This document shows, piece after piece, positions 15,601 through 36,206 of a stretch of 64,000 bases of DNA. The notes beneath the pieces are model-generated. The model saw only the letters and a program-made list of their open reading frames with translations, was not told the origin of the DNA and did no database searches. Both the position numbers and the translations under genes were made by a program. Where the stretch lies: the NCBI RefSeq assembly GCF_009914755.1, contig NC_060942.1; one strand, given 5' to 3'. How positions within the stretch are numbered: position 1 is the first letter of the stretch; each line of letters starts with the position of its first letter. The DNA is from the human T2T-CHM13v2.0 reference genome, Homo sapiens.

Positions 15601-16467
15601 TTGAAGATAAGTCACCAGTATCTTTATTTTTTTTTCAGTGTTTTTGTTTGGTCCCTTTGAATGATTCACTTCTAAATGTCTTTCATTTCTAATTCACTTT
15701 TCCCATCTCCCCTCAATATACTTTTCAAATATCAACTTTATGGAGATATAATTCACATATCATAAAATTTGCCATTTTACAATGTATACTTTTTCTTCTC
15801 CTATTATTAACAAAGGTGTACAATAATTATAGAATGACCTTAATTAAATGATTGTTGGATAAGTGAGGTAACCTCAGATTCACACACTAAACTTAGCTTG
15901 TGAGTCATTGAGTGTTTCTTTAAGAGTTGATGTCTCATCAACACATGGGGATAATAATCTTTCCTTCTTAGAGGGGTTATAAGAATTAAATTATGAACAG
16001 AGAGGTGCACCTACTTGTTAAGCACATATCTTTTTATAGTGAATTTATTCATTCTGAATGAGGGAGTAAAAGACAATATTCTATTGATAAAAACACATTT
16101 GACATTTTTAATCTAATGTAATGTGGAATTAGACAAATTACTCATATGGGTCAAAATGTATTTTTCAGCTGCTTGTTTCCATTTTGAGTGGTGCTAATTG
16201 TTATTATTACAATTGTAATAGTACTGGCAAGTGTGGAAAATGCTGCCCAGGTGTTAACACCCATTTAGGAGGCTGCAGTAACATTTTGCAACAACAGATG
16301 GTGCTATTCATTTCCTTACCTCTTCCCCATTAAAAATAACTGACTTAGGTAAAAGTCAAATTGTAATTTTTTTTTGTAAGAAGTTTTTTTTTTTTTAAAA
16401 TTTGAGTAATGAGGGGGCATGTTTGTGGTGCTAAAATAAGAACTACCATTTAGAAGAATTTTTAAAA

Positions 16468-16954
16468 TTTCAACTTTTATTTTAGATACAGGGGATACAC
16501 GAGCAGGTTTGTTACACAGGAATATGGCACGATGCTGAGGTTTGGTGTATGGATCCTGTCACCCAGATAGTGGGCATAGTACCTGATAAATACTTTTTAA
16601 ACCCACAGCCCCTCCCTCTACCATATAGTAGTCCATTGTTTCCATATTTATGTTCGTGTGTGCTTAATGTTAGCCCCCACTTGTAAGTGAGAAAATGCAG
16701 CATTTGGTTTTCTGTTCCTGCATTAATTTTGCTTAAGATGATGGTCTCTAGCTCCATCCATGTTGCAGCAATGGACATGATTTCATTCTTTTTATGGCAG
16801 CATAATACTCCATGGTGTATATGTACCACATTTTCTTTATCCAGTCTATCATTGATGGACACCTGGGTTGATTCCATATCTTTGCTATTGTGAATCATGC
16901 AGTGGTGAACATATGAGTGCATGTGTAGAATAATAATTTGATTTATTTTGGGTA
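16468..16954 (-). mobile_element. L1 3' end fragment (old L1PA/L1PB-like)
   Basis: Antisense L1 3' UTR (caacttttattttagatacagggg...gtttgttacac) and ORF2 C-terminal remnant (ATWMELETIILSK). Confidence 0.85.
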
Positions 16955-17235
16955 TCTCTCTACAAAACAGAACCCGGGGCAATAAGTTAAAGTTACTGAG
17001 AAGACTTTGACTCAACATAGAGAAGAATGATCTAGTAGTGTAGGTCAACTCAAGAGAAAATGTTGTACTCTAGAAAATGAATGAGCTCCTGGTCATTGTA
17101 AGTTGACATAGAGTCTGGAAGATAGAGTTCACTTTTGTTCATTGGAGTTTGATCATATTTCTAGGTCCTTGTATCTAAAATATAATTGCATACATTTTTT
17201 AAAAGCAGACTATTATCCATAATATAATACAACTA

Positions 17236-17488
<253 letters not shown>

Positions 17489-20176
17489 GAATACAACTAC
17501 TGTTACTTAAAAGAACTTTTACATTTGTAATCAAAAGTCAATTATTATATGTATTACCAACTGCATTAAGACTAGAATGTAAGCTCCAATAACACAAGTA
17601 CTTAATCTGTTTTATTTATTGCTTTGTAGATCATTATTTCTCAGAAAAACCTGACTTGTATTACATTTTCAATAAACATTTTCTGAATGAATGAAGAAAA
17701 GACACTATCATTAAAAATGCATTTGGCATTTTTAATCAATCATTCAAAACATTTTTCAGCTGCTTGTTTCCATTTTGAGTAGTATTAATTATTATTATTA
17801 CAAGATACTATCTAATTTATTTTTCATTAATTTTAATCTGTTGAAAGGACATTCTGTCACTGGTATTAGAAGTTGAGTAAAATAAAGAACCACTCTTATT
17901 CTTTATGATAATTACATAAGAGAATGTATAAAATTTTCTTTTTTTTAACTTCTACATTTAGTGATTTTATGCAAAGCACTCACTGAATTAATACCCATCT
18001 GAGAAGGTTTTTGAAATTTTTTTGCACCTCTGTGTATTTTTATGACTTTTCATACATTAAATTAATTGAATAATACTGGAAATATAGTTATCACTAATTG
18101 CACTATATTTTAAAACCTCTTGTCTGGCTTGTTAGTTACTATGCCAATCAAACAGTTAAAAAGGGAACTAAGATAATCTCTTTGCCTGAATATTGTCAAA
18201 AATCAGAGAACTGGAGCTGTCACATTGGTCTCAGCCAATGAATGAACTAAGTTGCTTTAATTATCATCAGACCATAATGAAATTTCAGCCAAGGGGTTTG
18301 TGTGTGTGTGTGTTAGTCAAAATAGAAAACAAATTGACATAGCATTAATAGATGAACCTAAAAGAGACCACCAAGTTTCTTTGGCTAAAGAATGGCCAAA
18401 TATCAAAGCACTTTCACTACTTTACTAATAAGTGTTTCCAAATTCTTTTGGCAAAAAAAAAAAAAAAAAAAAAAAAGAAAGAAAAACCAGAGTGGAAGTA
18501 TGTGACTGTGAAGGCGGTGGGATATGCAACTGCAAGTGGCATCATTTTCACAATCTAAGGTGCAAAAAAATCTAAGGTGCACTTTTGCCTCTGGTATTGG
18601 GAAAAGTGACAATCCTGGATTTACCCATACATTCTTTGCACATCATATTAATCTGGGTATTCTATTCTGAATAATATACTAATACCTGCATAAGAAATAT
18701 TCTTTGACAATGTAGAGATCAGATGAATTTCGCAGTAACATATTTTCTTTGGTACTTCGTAATTGAGTTTTGCGACTGTGTAATCAATTAGGCATTTTGA
18801 AAGTGGAATGTGCCAGTTATTGTACAAGCATCAGAAATAATTTATTCATCTGTAGGCTATCAAAATAAGGTGTAAATACAAAAGAATGCTTGCAAAATTT
18901 TATCTATGCTGTGGTTATTGTGCCCCAGGGCCAAATTAAGATAGTATCTCCTCCCTGCTGTAATATGTTAGTGTACTACTAAAGATGTAATTCAGCTGTT
19001 ATAAAAGTCTACAGTGCTGCAGTAATTCTTCTTTATGAAGGTTTTAGAGGTTCAAGCTTTTTTCACTTTGCTACTCTGTGATTCATAGGATGTTGCCTTG
19101 ATCTCTTTAGTTGACTTACACTATTAGATTATTCTTCTCTATGTTGAGTCAAAGTCAACCCATAAAGAGTAAGTAAGCTGATTATCATACAATGCATTAA
19201 CCATCCTCTTTCAGGAGTGACACATCATAAAGGATGGCGTCCTTCCTTCCCAGCCCTCTCCTGCTCTGATTATAGCCTCTGTCCTCTGTTTGGCTGAGCT
19301 CAAATTTCTTCATCTTTCTTAATCCTGTCACACTCATAACAGTGCCTTATTATTTTTTATAGATGAACAATCTGATTTATTATACACAGAGACATATCAC
19401 TTCTTTATTCCCTATAATAGAGCATGAAGGCCTTGAGGCGAGATAGAGACCACACAACGCATGGTGATCAATTGCAAAATACTTGATCTTTCTTAACTTT
19501 GTCTTGAGCTTGGACTCTGGTATTCTGTCAGAGCATTGAGTTACTACTAATACAGAACGTGTCTTTGCATGGGGGGTTTTAAATGGTGGTTTTAGTTGCA
19601 GGCACTCCAGGATTAGCAGGAGAAAATTGGATGATAGAACTTTCTGAACAGTTATTGTGGAAAGTCTCCACACCACTTTTGGTCTCAGTAATTTTATTTC
19701 TAAAATAACTGGCAAGGTTGCTTTTGGTAAGCAATTTGTTTTCTTTTAGCTCTGATCATCTATGACCCCTTGTTTCTATACCTAATAGAAGCTCTGTTGT
19801 GGTATATCTTCATAGGATGCACCTATGCTTGAAATATGGGGATATTTAATAAATATGCATCATAATATGATGATAACAGATGATGGGTGATATTGCCTCA
19901 TAATATTAATAAAGTATATGAAATAATAAAAGCTAGTGACCTGACTGGATTTAATTACTTTGAGAGATAATTTTATTTAAAGACTATATTTATTCCTAAA
20001 ATAAAATGAAAATTTTGATTTATTCAGTACAAGTCTTGTTTTAAATATTGATCTTCTACTAATAATTTTATTACATGTCACAAGACAGTTCAAAATTTTT
20101 AGAATAATTTTGCTTTAAAAATTCAACACGGCAGCTTCTTTTTCTTCCCATTTGTTCCATTGTTTTGTCCCTGTAG

Positions 20177-20334
20177 ACAGTCCAGAGTCCAAACAACCAT
20201 GAAGCTCATAGTTCAGCATGTCAGTTTCTACTGATGTCACCAGTGGGGCTTGCACCAATATCAATGCTGTCTGCATCAGTCCAGGAACCCCTGAACCCTC
20301 AGAACTCCCAGACAGACTATTCCAGCAGGGCCAG
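20177..20334 (+). pseudogene. DYNAP-like pseudogene A, exon 2 homolog
   Basis: After the acceptor ccctgtag it reads TVQSPNNHEAHSSACQFL/DVTSGACTNINAVCISPGTPEPSELP, versus DYNAP PITHPNDQEAHSSICWCLPSNDITSDVSPNLTGVCVNPGILAHSRCL. Length is 158 vs 165 nt (7-nt deletion, frameshift). The donor is cag|ataatg instead of cag|gtaatg. Confidence 0.9.
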
Positions 20335-20452
20335 ATAATGTTTATGATAATATTGCTTGTTTCTCCAGTGATACTTCCGTGGCAGTACTCCTGGCTCAGT
20401 ATTTATTGAATGGGTATATGTATATAATAATATAGGTATTATATATTAGGAA

Positions 20453-20704
20453 TTATATATATATATAGAGAGAGAGAGAGAGTGTGTATATTTCTATAAA
20501 ATGATGTGTGTGTATGTATATATACATATGTATACACATATATGTGTGTATGTATATATACATATGTATACACATATATGTGTGTATGTATATATACATA
20601 TGTATACACATATATATGTGTGTATGCATATATGTGTACATGTGTATAATATTATCTAATATCCAATATATATATACACACACATATATATCCCATATAT
20701 ATAT
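20453..20704. repeat. (TA/TG/CA)n compound microsatellite with a ~34-bp higher-order unit
   Basis: The unit tgtgtgtatgtatatatacatatgtatacacata(ta) occurs three times in tandem. Confidence 0.9.
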
Positions 20705-20869
20705 GGAATGGGCAGGTAAACTAAGCTCAAGTAGCAAGATAGAGGTATCATTGTGCTCCAAGACTCTAAAGGCCTTGCTCTGTAGGAACCTGCCTCTTGC
20801 TGCAATCCCAATCCAGCCTCTGAGTCAGCCTGACTGTCCTTTCTTTACCCCTCTGGGCTCTGACTTCTT

Positions 20870-21960
20870 TTTTTTAAAAAACTTTTTATTATGGGAAATT
20901 TAAGACATGCAGAAAAGTAGAAGAAATAGTATAAAATAACCTCATATTTATATCATTCAGCTTCAACAAGTATCAACATTTTCCCAAATGTGTTTCATTT
21001 ATCCTTTCATTCACTTTAGGTCCTTTGACTCGCAGGTAACTCAGCATACTTCTCTATCTGGTAAGGACATTTTAAAAAACATCACCACTTTTCTGTTACC
21101 ATACTTATAAAAATTAACAGTAACTCCTTAATATTACCTAATTGCCAATCTATATTCGAATTGTCCCTATTATCCCCAAAATTATAATTTTTGGTTTTAA
21201 TGAGGATCTAAATAAAGTCTACACATTTCTTTGATTGTTATATATCTGCATCTCTTTTAGTCTAAAATAGTTTTTCCTATCCCCCTCCCCCTCCGTTTTT
21301 TTTAGATGGCATTGATTTGTTGAAGAAACTAGGTCATTTCCATGTAGAATGTCCCACATTCAGGATTGGGTTGGTTGTTTCTTCCTGATACTTTTTGACT
21401 TGTTACTTTATCCTCTCTATTTCCTGCAAGCCACAGGCAAGAAAAATATATAGGTGATGCATTCTACATTTTACTGCACACAAAGTCTGTTTTTTCCACT
21501 TACTGTGATGCTAAGTCTGTAGATTCATGTGGTATCAGGCTGATAGCACTATCATAAAGTTCCTTAACTCTTCCACATAATAGCTTTAGTATCTATTGAT
21601 AATCTTTACCTAGATTCACTTTTGTTTTCCCATTAGGGGTTGGAAACTGGTGATTTTCTGATTATATATTTCCCTCTACAATTATTAGATAGAGATCTTT
21701 GACAAAGATGAACCAGCTGTTTTATTACCTTGAAACGCAATCCTTAAAGAAAGGACTGTAGAAATATTTCAATATTTCATTTTATTTATTAATTTTCAAG
21801 GAAATGAGCTTGCTGGTGCCATAGCAACCTCCAGTGGTGAACCGTGAGGTTTGATTTTTAAGAGTCAATGTTATCATTCCTTTTTTCATGGTTTAATTTT
21901 TCCTTCTGGCCACTTAGGAGCCCCTTCAAGTTGACTCTTTTGTCTTATTGGCAAAATCCC
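20870..21960 (-). mobile_element. Old L1M (L1MC-like) fragments
   Basis: tttttattatgggaaatttaagacatgcagaaaagtagaag...cagcttcaacaagtatcaac and gatttgttgaagaaactaggtcattt motifs. Confidence 0.6.
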
Positions 21961-22104
21961 ATTAATCTTTGACAGATCTCTTGCTGAAGGAAGGAATGTC
22001 CTAGGAATATCATCTTGTACTTTACACACCTCAGACTTATAATTAGCTACCTCTCCAAGGACTACAAACTTTCCTTTGCCCTCCTGATTCTAATCTTAGC
22101 ATCT

Positions 22105-22392
22105 TTCTTTTTGTTTTTGTTTTGCTTGGTTTTTGGAGACAAAGTCTCGCTCCGTCCCCATGCTGGAGTGCAGTGGTGTGATCTCAGCTCATTCTGCCTC
22201 CTGGGTTCAAGCAATTCTCATGCCTCAGCCTCCTGAGTAGCTGGGACTACAGGTGCTTGCCACCATGCCCGGCTAATTTTTGTGTTTTTAGTCGAGACGG
22301 GGTTTTGTCTTGTTGGTCAGGCTGGTCTTGAACTCTTGACCTCAAGTGAGCCACCCATCTCGGCCTCCCAAAGTACTGGAATTACAGGTGTG
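22105..22392 (-). mobile_element. Alu (AluS-like)
   Basis: Antisense dimer ending ...ggaattacaggtgtga; flanking taatcttag repeat. Confidence 0.88.
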
Positions 22393-24083
22393 ATAATCTT
22401 AGTGTTTTTAACCTTGACTTAGAAACTTTACTTTGTTTCCCTGTGTTTTTCACTTTGGTTTGTTGCCCAGACTCAGATCTCCCACATTTCTGAACTCCTG
22501 CCATGTTGCTATATTTACTTCACCTCACAGCATGACCCTAAGCCCTGAACCCGGCAGAAAATTGCCATTGCTTTGTGGGTGAGATGTTTGGCAGCTCGGT
22601 TGGGTTATCCTGGCTTTGAATCCACCCCTCCTCTTTTTCCTGCTATTATGGAGCATCTTCTGGAGGGTCTCGGTCCTGGTCCTTGATACAACTTTAGCAG
22701 AGCTGAGGCAATGTGGATGTTGGAGTGAGCTTAAAGAGAAGTAAGAGGATGTGTCTCCTTGTCTGCAAAAGTGAAATAAAACATTTTGATTTTCAAGCTG
22801 AAAGTTATCTTAGCTACCATTTAATCCAACCTCTTCATTTAATAACTGGAAATACACCTTCAGGAAAGTTGAATATTTTGCTAGAATTTATACAACTAGT
22901 TAGTGGCTGAGATGAACTAGTATCAGGCAAACTTAGAAACTTCTACTAAATATCATAGTTTTGAGACTTAAGAATGCTTGATTTTTTAAAAAGCCTATTC
23001 TTTTCCAATTATCATGCTGTCTATCCACTTAATAATAGCAAAAAAGATTTGTTGCCATGTCATGATAATCATCAGTACCAACATAATCATAAGCGTTTTA
23101 TAGCATGTGCTAAATCCCGGAGAGTGAGATAAGAACTTTACACATTTATCTCATTTAAGCTGCACAACAACCCCATGTGCCAGGTTATATTATTATCCTT
23201 ATTTTACAGATGAAGACTGTGAAGAGCAGAATTGAAGTAACTTGCTCAAGGCAACATTGTAAGTGGCAGAGCCAGGTTGGAAGCCAAGTTGTTTGTGGCT
23301 CCAGACTCTATGCCGTCCAACCACCATGTATTCAGCCTCTCACTTGAACAGCTCTTTATAGTTCACAAAGCTATTTCACCCACATGAATCTTTGTGCCCA
23401 TATTATATGTCTACTAGCACTCCTGTTACTAATTTTACAGATGAGGACATAGGCTCAAAGAGGATAAGCAATTTTCCAAGGGAAAATAGCTAGTAGCTTG
23501 TAGAAGCTAGACTCTCCTAAGATCTGTCTGAAAATTGTCATGCTGACAACTCCTAATATGAGCTGAAGATTTAGCAGATGAATATGTTTTGTCCAATAAT
23601 TTAAAAGTAAGCCACTGGAAGATTCCTAGGGAGTCTACTTAATGGAAGAATTTTGGGTTTTAATAGGCTCAGAAAGGAGAAAATTTTTATCAGGAGAATT
23701 TAGGCAATTCCTTATTGCCAATATAAAGTCAACAACCTACCTGTGTACTGATCTTTGAGGATTTTGGTTTTTTAGCAAGATTTTCTTTGTAAGATTCAGA
23801 CATAAGTATAAGAAAGGATTAGAGTTGTATGCAAGTTTCTTTACTCCAGTGGTAGGAAAAGTTTAAGACATTGCTCAGGATGAAATGTAGAAATTTAACT
23901 TAGTATTTATTATGAAAAAAAAATAATAGTGACATTTACACACTTTTGGTGAGGCAAATTACAAGTAAGTGGCAAATTATAAATAACAAGCACTAATTAA
24001 AATTATAAAGAAGCAACAATGACCTTCATTTTTCTTGAAATGTTTGATTTCATTTTTACTATTTTTATTTAAATCATTTTTAG

Positions 24084-24794
24084 GTGACACAAAATATATC
24101 TAGTGACTACTCTTTGTGGAAAATCTTTCTTATTTGTCTCTTATCCTGTGTAATAACAGCAGCAATTGGAGTGTTCATTGTGTGCCTGGTCAATAAATAT
24201 GAGGACAACACTGCCTCCATTATTATCCATGTACCCCTAGATGATGTGGAACCTAGAATAATCATTCCTGAAACAACCACACTGCCTATCTCTTAATCTA
24301 CAGTGACCACCACAACAGAACTAACTACGTCAATTGTACACACAACTACCACAACAGATAATTCTAAAATTTCAACTGAACTTATGACCATAAGGTCCTC
24401 TACCATCATGTCACCTGAACCTGCAGCCAACACAATTTCAACCGAACCTACAAACATAACCCCAGTAACCTTCACTTCAACGGAAGCTATTACCATAATG
24501 GAAACAATCATCAGCATTTCAATGAAATCTTCTACTATAATGGATAGTACCACCACTCCAACAGAATCTATCACTTCAACTGAGCATAATAGCACCACAA
24601 CAGTTATGGTCATGTCAATAGAAGTTATACCTAATGTTACTCCAACAGACCTTACAACAATAACCACTTCAATGGAACATACAACTCCTGAAGCTACAAC
24701 CATCAACACACACAAAAAAAAAACAAACACACAAAACACCTGCAACAACACAAGGACTTCCTCACAGCAAAGAAACTTTTATTACTACTTTTAA
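24084..24794 (+). pseudogene. DYNAP-like pseudogene A, exon 3 homolog (TM helix plus long Ser/Thr mucin-like stalk)
   Basis: After the acceptor tttttag it reads VTQNISSDYSLWKIFLICLLSCVITAAIGVFIVCLVN, with 25/50 identities to the start of DYNAP exon 3. A single in-frame TAA lies at 24294-24296; the same frame then stays open and Thr/Ser-rich to 24794. AATAAA at 25132. Confidence 0.92.
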
Positions 24795-26620
24795 TTATCC
24801 CATTGTTTCATCCCCCACTATCTTTTCTACTCCTGAGTTTATATCTATGCCTAGCTGATTCTTTAACCAACAGGAATATTTCACTGGAAGTTTATCACCT
24901 TTTGAAGGGCAAAAGGACAACCATTTGGTCCCTCATCAATCTTCCATCACTATAATGAGATAAAACCCACATTGTCTTCTGCATTCATTAGACCATTTCA
25001 CTAGAACTGAAATTTTAATTTAAAATGTTTGTCAGTTTTCTTAAAGTTTCTGATTATGTAACTTGCCTAGACAATGAGCCTAGTTTGCTATCTAAAAAGC
25101 CTTATCTAAGAAAAGTATGATAAAATCTCATAATAAAATCACTTTGATATCTGTTGGTAATATTAATGCATTTATAGGGTGAACTTTCAATATAGGAGTG
25201 TGTTAAATAAATATAAATAGAATATTTCTAATTATTGTATGTTTTCCTATGTATGCAACACAAAAAGGTAGTTATTTTCTCCTAAGGTTGGCTTTTTGCA
25301 TATTATATTGACTGCTACTGCTAATGCCACTAACATTATTGTGTAAAGAGCTTTTTCTATTTTTAAATGGAAGCATTAAATACTGAAGAAGTAAAGAAAG
25401 AAAATAACAGTGCAGGATAAGTAATATGATTATTAATATGGACTTTTATTGTTTAGAATTTCTGCCAACTGATGAGGTTAGAATGAATACTTACAGTGGC
25501 CAGGCTTCTCTAGAAGCCTATGGAACCAATGAGGTGGACCAGGAATATATTTTATAAATCCGTAGATATTAAAGAGTTGTTAACAAAATTAGTTATTGAG
25601 ACATACTGTAAAAAATGTTAGCCTATAAAGAATGGACTCCTATTAAACATGATTTCATTCTGGCAGGGGTTAAGGGGGAATATTTTCCTTACCATGTAGT
25701 AAAAAAGTATGTATGATTAAGGAAAAATTTTTAAACAAATATTTTAATATCAGCCATGCTAATTTAAAATATTTAAAAAAATTCTTCCATGCCACTTCAA
25801 CAGGATATTGTTTTCAATATTTTAGTTTATTTCCCATAATTATACATAGTTAAAGGTGACACAATCCATTTGGATACTTTAATCTAGATTGTAATCATGC
25901 AAATTACAATTCTCTTCGAGTCATTTAATTAAACAACACACACATACACAAGCTTACTTTAAAAAATGATAGTAAGATTTTTCTCAGCTTGACATGTAAT
26001 AGGTGCTTAATAAATATCCATTACATGAATGTCTACCTGCCCACATATATAAATAGATAAATGTTAATTGACTTGTATATTAGTTTTCTATTACTGCTGA
26101 AACACATTATGAAAAACATAGGGGCTTAACTCAACACAAATTTATTATTTTTAAAATAAAACAGAGATAATAAAAGTTATTTTCTCTGGAGGACAGTCCA
26201 TTTCCTTGCCTTATCCTGCTTCTAGGGCATGCCAAATGCCTCCCGGGTGGGAACTTCCCACATATAATTTGTAACTACATGTGTGCATCTTCTATTTATT
26301 TAATACCTGGGTAGTATTCCATTGTATAAGTATGCCATTTTGAGAACCATTCACTCTTTTAGAGGCTTTAGACTATGTCATTTTACTTCTGCTTCTTCCA
26401 GTAGAATTCCCTAAACTAAAGGCAGGGAAAAAAATTGAGTAGTTTTTAAAAGATCCTATGTTTTTCTTTTAAATTCAGAATCAACATACAAGGTATAATA
26501 TAATGTCCCAGCAATGCAGGGATGTCACTTGTGTGTTTATTATTGAAAATTTACAGATTAGCATGATGCATGGAAAGTAAATAATTTTTAATGAATCAAT
26601 TATTTTTAAAAGTTATTTCT

Positions 26621-32227
<5,607 letters not shown>

Positions 32228-32711
32228 AAAAGTTATTTCTAAGTTTAAGAAAAATTAGCTTTATTAAAACATTTTTCTTGAAATAGTTCAAGGAGTCCAT
32301 TTCATCTATTATAAACATTTCCACTTGAGATTTTCTCCAGTTTTTATGCACATAAGTATCATCTGTTTCTGGCCCAAAACCTCACCCTCAGAGCCAACCT
32401 CAAATTCCTTAAATCTGAGATGAAAGCAGAAATCTTCACTAAGAGCAGTTGCCAGCTGGGATGTTTTCCAATACTGAGACTTTAATCTTTGCTTTTCTTT
32501 GTTTTCCGAAAGACCTGTAATTGATATCTACCGTGATGTTTACATTTCTACATGATCTCTCATGTGCTAGGTAACTTGGGAGGGGCACTAGACTAACTGA
32601 CGGGAGACACGCTCAACCTGAATCCACAGGACACAGATTGTGCTACTTTTCTTTCCTAGACTTTGGGTTCCTTATCTCAAATTCACTGCTAATGGTTCAT
32701 TTTAGTTCTTT

Positions 32712-32850
32712 CTTTTTTCTTTTTTTGTAGAGACGGGGGTCTCACGATGTTGCCCAGGCTGATCTCGAACTCCTGGCCTCAAGCAATCCTCCCACCTCAG
32801 ACTTCCAAAGCACTGGGATTATAGTCATGAGCCATCGCAGGTACCTGGCC
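32712..32850 (-). mobile_element. Alu monomer (FLAM-like)
   Basis: tttgtagagacgggggtctcacgatgttgcccaggctgatctcgaactcctggcctcaagcaatcc; single arm. Confidence 0.8.
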
Positions 32851-33626
32851 TCTTTCTTTATTTTTCATTTTTTACTGAGGGCTAACATTCATAAAGTTCA
32901 TTAACATAACATGCACACACACACACGCACACATGCACACACACGTGCCCGTCACCCACATCAAGATATAGAATATTTCCAGTACCTCAACAATTTCCTC
33001 ATGTCTCTTCCCCATCAACTTCTCCCAGCCCACTCTGAAATAAACAAATATTCTAATCTCTCTCATCATCTGATTACTTTTGTTCATTCTTGAACTTCAT
33101 ATATTGAAATCATACGTGTCTGATATCTCTCAGTAAACATAGTGAATTAACATGCAACATGTTGCTGCTTGTAATAATAGCTGATTTTTAATTATATATG
33201 TGTGTCCCTGTTGTTTAATACTGTGCCATACTTCCTTGTATCAGTATACCAAAATTTATTTATCATTTATGGGTATTTGGATTATAAATGTTACAAATAA
33301 AGGTGTCTAAATATTTCTATGCATGTCTGTTTTGGACATATACACTCAGTCTCTTGGGGATATATCTAGGAGTGGAATTGCTAGGTCATAGGGTAGATGT
33401 ATACAGAGCCTTCATAGAAACTGCCAAACAGCTTACCAAAGCAATTGTATCATTTTCCACTCTCACCAGTAATAATGAGGGTTCAGTGGATCCATATCTC
33501 ACCAAGACTTGGTAATGTCAATCTTTTAATTTTCATCTGTCAGTGGGTGATTTTGACCTAAGTTTTATGGGTATCTAGGCAATGAGTGCTAATGACATAA
33601 GCATTTTCCAAAAAGAACAAAACTAA

Positions 33627-33910
33627 CCCAGCACAGTGGCTCGCACCTGTAATCTCAACACTTCGGAAGGCTGAGGTGGGAGGATTGCTTGAGCCCAGGA
33701 GTTCGAGACCAGCCTGAGCAACATAGTGAGACCTCATCTCTACAAAAACAATAAAAAAAAATGAGCTGAGAGTGGTGGTGCACACCTGCGGTGTCAGCTA
33801 TTCGGGAGGCTGAGGCAGGAGAATTGCTTGAGCCCAGGAAGTCGAGGCTGCGGTGAGACATGATTGCACCACTGCACTCTGGCCTTGGTGACAGAGTGAG
33901 ATCTTATCCC

Positions 33911-33947
<37 letters not shown>

Positions 33948-33965
33948 CCAAAAAAACCTACAAAA
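33627..33965 (+). mobile_element. AluJ-like element with (CAA)n tail
   Basis: Alu dimer followed by a CAA trinucleotide run at ~33910-33946. Confidence 0.9.
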
Positions 33966-34378
33966 ACAAAAAGGACAAAACTACTTTGCCTTGATTCCTC
34001 TATTTGCATAGTGTTACTTTTGATTACTTAGCCCATCAGATCAATTTATTTGAAAACTTTAAAATATTCTAATATCATTCTTGGCAAAAAACTGTTTGTG
34101 CTAGCTTTATGTAGAGTATCTTTGGATGTATATGTTTGTAGTAGCTAACTTATTTCTTAACTCCTACAAATGCCTTAATTTTAAAAAGAAATTTCTAAAA
34201 AGAGAAATAAAGAAGGTTTCTCTAAGGCAAAATGGAAGAGCTTGAAAGAAATGCTTGCCTAAATCTCCTTTAACTATCACTTTTAAGTTGCCAAAAGTGC
34301 ATTAAAAATCTCCAAGATTAGGTTTATATATTACTGTGCAGGAGAGAAGAAACTTGGTAAATGAATCAACAGTTATTA

Positions 34379-34730
<352 letters not shown>

Positions 34731-34810
34731 ACAAACAAACCAGTATCTTATTGTCTCAAAAGAAAAGAAAAGAAAACAGAGTTGAAGTCTAAGAAAGTGT
34801 TACCCAAGGG

Positions 34811-35085
<275 letters not shown>

Positions 35086-35600
35086 AGTGTTACCCAAGGG
35101 AATTTCATCTTGCTAAATACTGGGACTGTGGGACTGAAAAGTTCAGAGTATTCGGGACAGACTGAGTCAAGGCAAGCTGCTCAGGAGCCCTGGATGCCTC
35201 CCTCAGAGGAGGTATCAGTCCTGGAGAGGGAGAATGGTCATCCTAGGCTTGAAAGAAGGCAACTGGAAACTTCATCTACTTCAGAATCCTCTCATGGACT
35301 GGCCCTGAACTTTAGAGGAATGATGTCTATGGGATGATAGCAAGAGCAAGAAAGGAAATATTACATATTACCACAGTTTCCTTCTGCTAGACAGGATGCT
35401 CAGAAAGAAGCAACAATAGCTCTTAGGGGCAGGATTGGTTTTCGTGTTACTTATTGCAATTAATGAATATTTTACTTCTGACTGTTAAGGTGGGTCTTCT
35501 GTTAGTTCTGATATTTAATGTTTCATTTAATCAACACATGCATGGATGCATCATAGTGAATTTGCCATCAGCCAACTAAAATATTACTCAAGGTTTCAAA

Positions 35601-35728
35601 TATAAAGAGCAATCACTGATCAAAAGGCAAATTAGTTTTGAAGTTAAACTTGTGATACTGGCAGCTCAAAAATGGAGAGGAAACATGGGGAATACATGGT
35701 AAATATTGACCCCTCTAGAAACCAGCCC
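35601..35728 (+). pseudogene. DYNAP-like pseudogene B, TATA box plus exon 1 homolog
   Basis: TATAAA at 35601. cttgtgatactggcagctcaa is identical to DYNAP. ATG 35672 gives MERKHGEYMVNIDPSRNQP versus DYNAP MDRKHGKYILNVEHSENQP. The donor position reads atgggt instead of gtgagt. Confidence 0.9.
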
Positions 35729-35769
35729 ATGGGTAACTGTTGTTCCATTTGGATATTGTGTTTATGTGA

Positions 35770-36206
<437 letters not shown>

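Noticed and set aside
19141-19176. Possible exon 1 of pseudogene A (atgttgagtcaaagtcaacccataaaga|gtaagt)
   Set aside because: No convincing similarity to MDRKHGKY...NQP and the donor phases do not match the phase-0 exon 2. Exon 1 of A is probably deleted or unrecognisable.
20453-20903. ORFs with MYIYICIHIYVC repeats (also 57394-57697)
   Set aside because: Translations of TA/TG microsatellites.
24293-24751. 152-aa Val-rich minus-strand ORF (similarly 54917-55216 and 37528-37737)
   Set aside because: Antisense shadows of Thr-rich (ACN) coding sequence; not independent genes.
24303-24794. 163-aa Thr-rich ORF as a stand-alone mucin gene
   Set aside because: It starts at GTG, has no signal peptide or TM, and is the in-frame continuation of pseudogene A exon 3 past a premature stop.
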